From an uncultured Verrucomicrobiota bacterium (GTDB taxonomy: Bacteria; Verrucomicrobiota; Verrucomicrobiia; Limisphaerales; UBA1096): a stretch of 49,483 nucleotides of DNA. The stretch is from contig CAYWMH010000001.1 in assembly GCA_964459315.1 (NCBI GenBank), positions 1 through 49,483 of the forward strand, in the 5' to 3' direction. Below are positions 46,566 through 49,483 of this stretch, in pieces. A program made the translations under genes and the position numbers. Each line of letters begins with the position of its first letter. Within the stretch, counting starts at the first letter, position 1. Under the pieces are notes generated by a model that had not been told where the DNA came from, searched no databases, and was given only the letters and a program-made list of their open reading frames with translations.

Positions 46566-49483
46566 TTACGGCTGCCAAGCCTTGAATTCCGGCAGGCGGC
46601 GCACGTCAGTGAAGCGCGGGTCGTTCATCACCCGCTTGTGAATATTGTCCGCCGCCGCGTTGGTGGCCCGGCGCTGTTTGTCGAGCGCAAGCGCCTTGGC
46701 CAGGGTGGCCCACGAATCCGCCGTTCGGTTCCGCTGCGCCGCCTGTACCGCCGCCAGGTCGTACCAGCCCTCGGGGCTGTCCGGCATCTTGCGCGTCAGC
46801 GCCACCAGTGCCGACTCCAGTTGTTCCTGTTTGCCGAGGTGGTTGAAGAACTGGGCGGCCATCAGCAGGTTGGTCGTGTTGATTGATGGCTGCTCCACGG
46901 CGTTTGCCATCACGTCAGTCCCCTTTTGCGCTTGGCCAAGCTGCACATGCGTGGTCGCCAGGTCCAGCGCAAGCTCGAAGTTGGCCGGCTCGGCGGCCAA
47001 CCGCGCCTCGAGCTGCCGGAGCGCATCGCGTGCGATCTTGTCTTGCTGCTCGGCCTTGGTTCCCTGGCCGAGGTTTTGATAGACCGACGCAATGGTGAAT
47101 CGGGTACTGATCTCGAGGCCGGGCTGCTGCACCAGCGCGTCGATTAACTTGAGTGCCTGGTCGTTCTGCTTCAGGCGCAGGTAGATCGTGGCCAACTCGA
47201 GCGTCACCCTGGGGTCGTCGGGATTGGCCGCGTGCCGTTGTTGCAGCCCGACGAGTTGCTGCTGGATCTGCTGGATCTCCGGTTCGCTCAGGCCCAGCCC
47301 CTTTTCGGTGGCCGCCGGCTTGCCATCGAGCGCGTCGTTGAATTGAAAAATGCTCCGTTTCAGGTGAAGAAGCAAAGGGCTATCGGGGTCGAACTGCTCG
47401 TAGGTCGCAATGAGTTGGATGGCGTCGTCGCGCCGGGCCGTCGCCGTCGCCTTGTCGCCCGCCCTGAATTCATCATACCCCAGAGAGAGCAGCAACTGGG
47501 TGAAGTGCGACAGTACTTCCGGACTGTAAGGGCAGAACGCCCAAGCCTGTTTGAGGGCAAATATGAATTCGCGCGTCATCCGGTCCTGCTTTTGTTTCAT
47601 TTCGTCGCGCTTGGCCGCGTCGGACTCCTGCGAGATGGCCAGCTTGTAGTTGTTGATGCGCCAGCGATAGATATCAGCGATTGAGGTGCGCAACTTGCTG
47701 AACGCCTTCTGCGCTGCCTCGTCCCGCACGAACGCCGGGTCGCCAGTGTAGCCGTCGAGGTCCCACCGCCTGTAAGTCTTGATGGCCCAGTCGCCGATGT
47801 CCTTGATAGATGTGTCATCGGTAATCCAGTTGCCGGTAAGTCTTTCCTGGTAATTCGCCCAGAATAGGCGATCCTTTCGCATCATCTCGTCCGTGATTTC
47901 CGGAACCTCATCGCGATTAAGCTTCAGAATTATCCCATAAGGTGTGAGGTGCGGATACATCCACTCCAACGGAAAGCTCACCTCAATGAAAAAGTCACGT
48001 TCCGGATTTTTGTCGAACAAAAGCTTGGCCAGCTTGGAGTTGATCTGCATGACCGAAACCTGCCCGGCCACGGAGACACGATCGCCAATGCGGTTGACGA
48101 TCTCGCCCGGCTTCAGCGCGCCCGCTTTCTCGCGAGCATCTGCCTCTTGTAAATATTCCGCAAAAGCCATCTCCGCCTCGAGTTGCGACGGTGAGTTTAG
48201 TTCGAGATCGGGATATAACCCCGCTTGGCCCGGCGCAACAAAGTCGGCCAGCAACTCGTCAATCAACCGCCGGTTCAACCGCACTCGAGCCTGTCTCCAG
48301 CGGATGTAGCGGCCGTTCTCCTCGATTCGCCTTGGCTGCGCCTGACCAAGCGCTGTAACTTGCTCACTTAACGCTAGTGTTGTATTCGAAAACTCGGCCC
48401 CAGCAAACGCGGCTTCATCCCAAATCGGGTCACCATCAACGATTGCATTGAATTCGCTCGCCAGAATTTCGCGGAGTGTGTCGTCGGAAGGCGGGTTGGC
48501 GCAGGCCTCCCTGCCGTTGTCAGAAAGCTTCCCAAGAATGAACCGTGCTAAATCATCCTCTTGCACAATGCGCTTGGCCAAAGCGCTTGGTTTCACAATT
48601 TGTTCCGGCTCAAAATAGGAACCGCTCGTGCGACGTTCCACCTCCCAGTTCGCTCCCATGCCAATCATCCACTTGTCAATGGATCCGGAAAGACCAAATA
48701 GGAAGTTGGTGCCCAAAGCACCCGATGCAAACGGGAGATAAGTTGGATCGGCTAGGTTCCAGTCGATCTGTTGACTGCGCTGATAGTGGGCGCGAACGGT
48801 ATCGAGATAAGTGCTGTCAGCGAGCGCATTTTGGGTAATCAACGCAACATCGCGGCGGTCGAATTCTGGATCACGTCGCTTGGCTGGGTCGGTGAAACTC
48901 TCGGCAAAGATCATGTAGGTCGGGTTGAATCGGCCGGGATCGGTGCCGCCAAACAGGATGGCGTTCTCCGACATCTCCGGATAAATCGGGCTACCATCCG
49001 CCTCCGTGTACGGCGGTGTGAACATATCGTGCCCGTACCAGAATCCAAACAGATGCCCGCGCTGCTCATTCTTCCCCCAGTGCGACAAAACCGACCACGC
49101 TGGAAGCATTGCCAGTACCGCCAAAACAATCATCGGCGATAACGATTGACCTTGGCTTCTCCCTTGTTGATCGCGATGCACTAGAAACAGTGCCGTCAGG
49201 AACACCACTAAACAAAATGCAAAACCACGCGTCCAGTGATTCAAGAAAAACTGTGTCTCGGCCAATTCAGTGGACCAAGCAACCATCGCAAAGGCAGCGG
49301 CCACGACAAGCCCGATACCAAGCCATATCCGTGTTTCAATATACCGCCGCACCACTAGCGCACAAAAAAGCGTCAATCCAAAACCGATCCACATTGCGAG
49401 CAGCACGTGTGACGCCGCAAAAAACACCCGCGTCATGTCGCGCCCGTGCTTGTCCGGTGTCGGGTTGAGCAGGATCATCAGCA
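46566..49483 (-). CDS. DUF2723-like polytopic membrane protein (glycosyltransferase-like) with C-terminal TPR repeats; N-terminus probably beyond the window edge
   Basis: Several TM helices, NAILFGGTDPGRFNPTYM (DUF2723-like) and TPR-like C-terminal helices. The frame stays open upstream of ATG 49478 to the window end. Confidence 0.65.
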   Translation of the reverse strand, partial: LMILLNPTPDKHGRDMTRVFFAASHVLLAMWIGFGLTLFCALVVRRYIETRIWLGIGLVVAAAFAMVAWSTELAETQFFLNHWTRGFAFCLVVFLTALFLVHRDQQGRSQGQSLSPMIVLAVLAMLPAWSVLSHWGKNEQRGHLFGFWYGHDMFTPPYTEADGSPIYPEMSENAILFGGTDPGRFNPTYMIFAESFTDPAKRRDPEFDRRDVALITQNALADSTYLDTVRAHYQRSQQIDWNLADPTYLPFASGALGTNFLFGLSGSIDKWMIGMGANWEVERRTSGSYFEPEQIVKPSALAKRIVQEDDLARFILGKLSDNGREACANPPSDDTLREILASEFNAIVDGDPIWDEAAFAGAEFSNTTLALSEQVTALGQAQPRRIEENGRYIRWRQARVRLNRRLIDELLADFVAPGQAGLYPDLELNSPSQLEAEMAFAEYLQEADAREKAGALKPGEIVNRIGDRVSVAGQVSVMQINSKLAKLLFDKNPERDFFIEVSFPLEWMYPHLTPYGIILKLNRDEVPEITDEMMRKDRLFWANYQERLTGNWITDDTSIKDIGDWAIKTYRRWDLDGYTGDPAFVRDEAAQKAFSKLRTSIADIYRWRINNYKLAISQESDAAKRDEMKQKQDRMTREFIFALKQAWAFCPYSPEVLSHFTQLLLSLGYDEFRAGDKATATARRDDAIQLIATYEQFDPDSPLLLHLKRSIFQFNDALDGKPAATEKGLGLSEPEIQQIQQQLVGLQQRHAANPDDPRVTLELATIYLRLKQNDQALKLIDALVQQPGLEISTRFTIASVYQNLGQGTKAEQQDKIARDALRQLEARLAAEPANFELALDLATTHVQLGQAQKGTDVMANAVEQPSINTTNLLMAAQFFNHLGKQEQLESALVALTRKMPDSPEGWYDLAAVQAAQRNRTADSWATLAKALALDKQRRATNAAADNIHKRVMNDPRFTDVRRLPEFKAWQP

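Overview
This is a high-GC window (roughly 60-65% by eye) whose gene content points to a PVC-superphylum bacterium (Verrucomicrobiota/Planctomycetota-like). I call 32 CDSs. They include a PSCyt2/DUF1553 protein, a ~1790-aa CotH + lamin-tail-domain protein followed by an 8-heme cytochrome c, and ThuA followed by a PVC-type membrane-bound dehydrogenase with an azurin-like C-terminus. There are also two formylglycine-type sulfatases, xylulokinase, hpt-moaD-moaE, a CCA-adding enzyme, PtsI and a DUF2723/TPR membrane protein. An eight-gene, mostly translationally coupled MoxR/DUF58/BatA (Bat-like) operon runs on the minus strand from 41.5 to 26.9 kb. I saw no rRNA, tRNA, CRISPR array, transposase, integrase or recognisable defence system. 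The most striking signal is not a gene. It is a highly iterated palindrome with core TTGGCCAA and extended consensus GCGCTTGGCCAAGCGC. I count 45 exact core copies (about one per 1.1 kb), and four are identical perfect 16-mers. Most copies lie inside unrelated CDSs on both strands and are read in all three frames, leaving recurrent LGQA/LAKR/AWPS peptides. This resembles cyanobacterial HIP1, but I do not know of a description of this sequence. The second signal is a ~2.2-kb low-GC, palindrome-free segment (about 23.74-25.96 kb). Its edges fall inside two conserved genes, the 5' end of a sulfatase and the 3' half of xylB, and it carries a PQQ-like beta-propeller gene. That pattern suggests a recombinational mosaic or an assembly chimera. 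All family calls come from motif recognition by eye; no searches were run.
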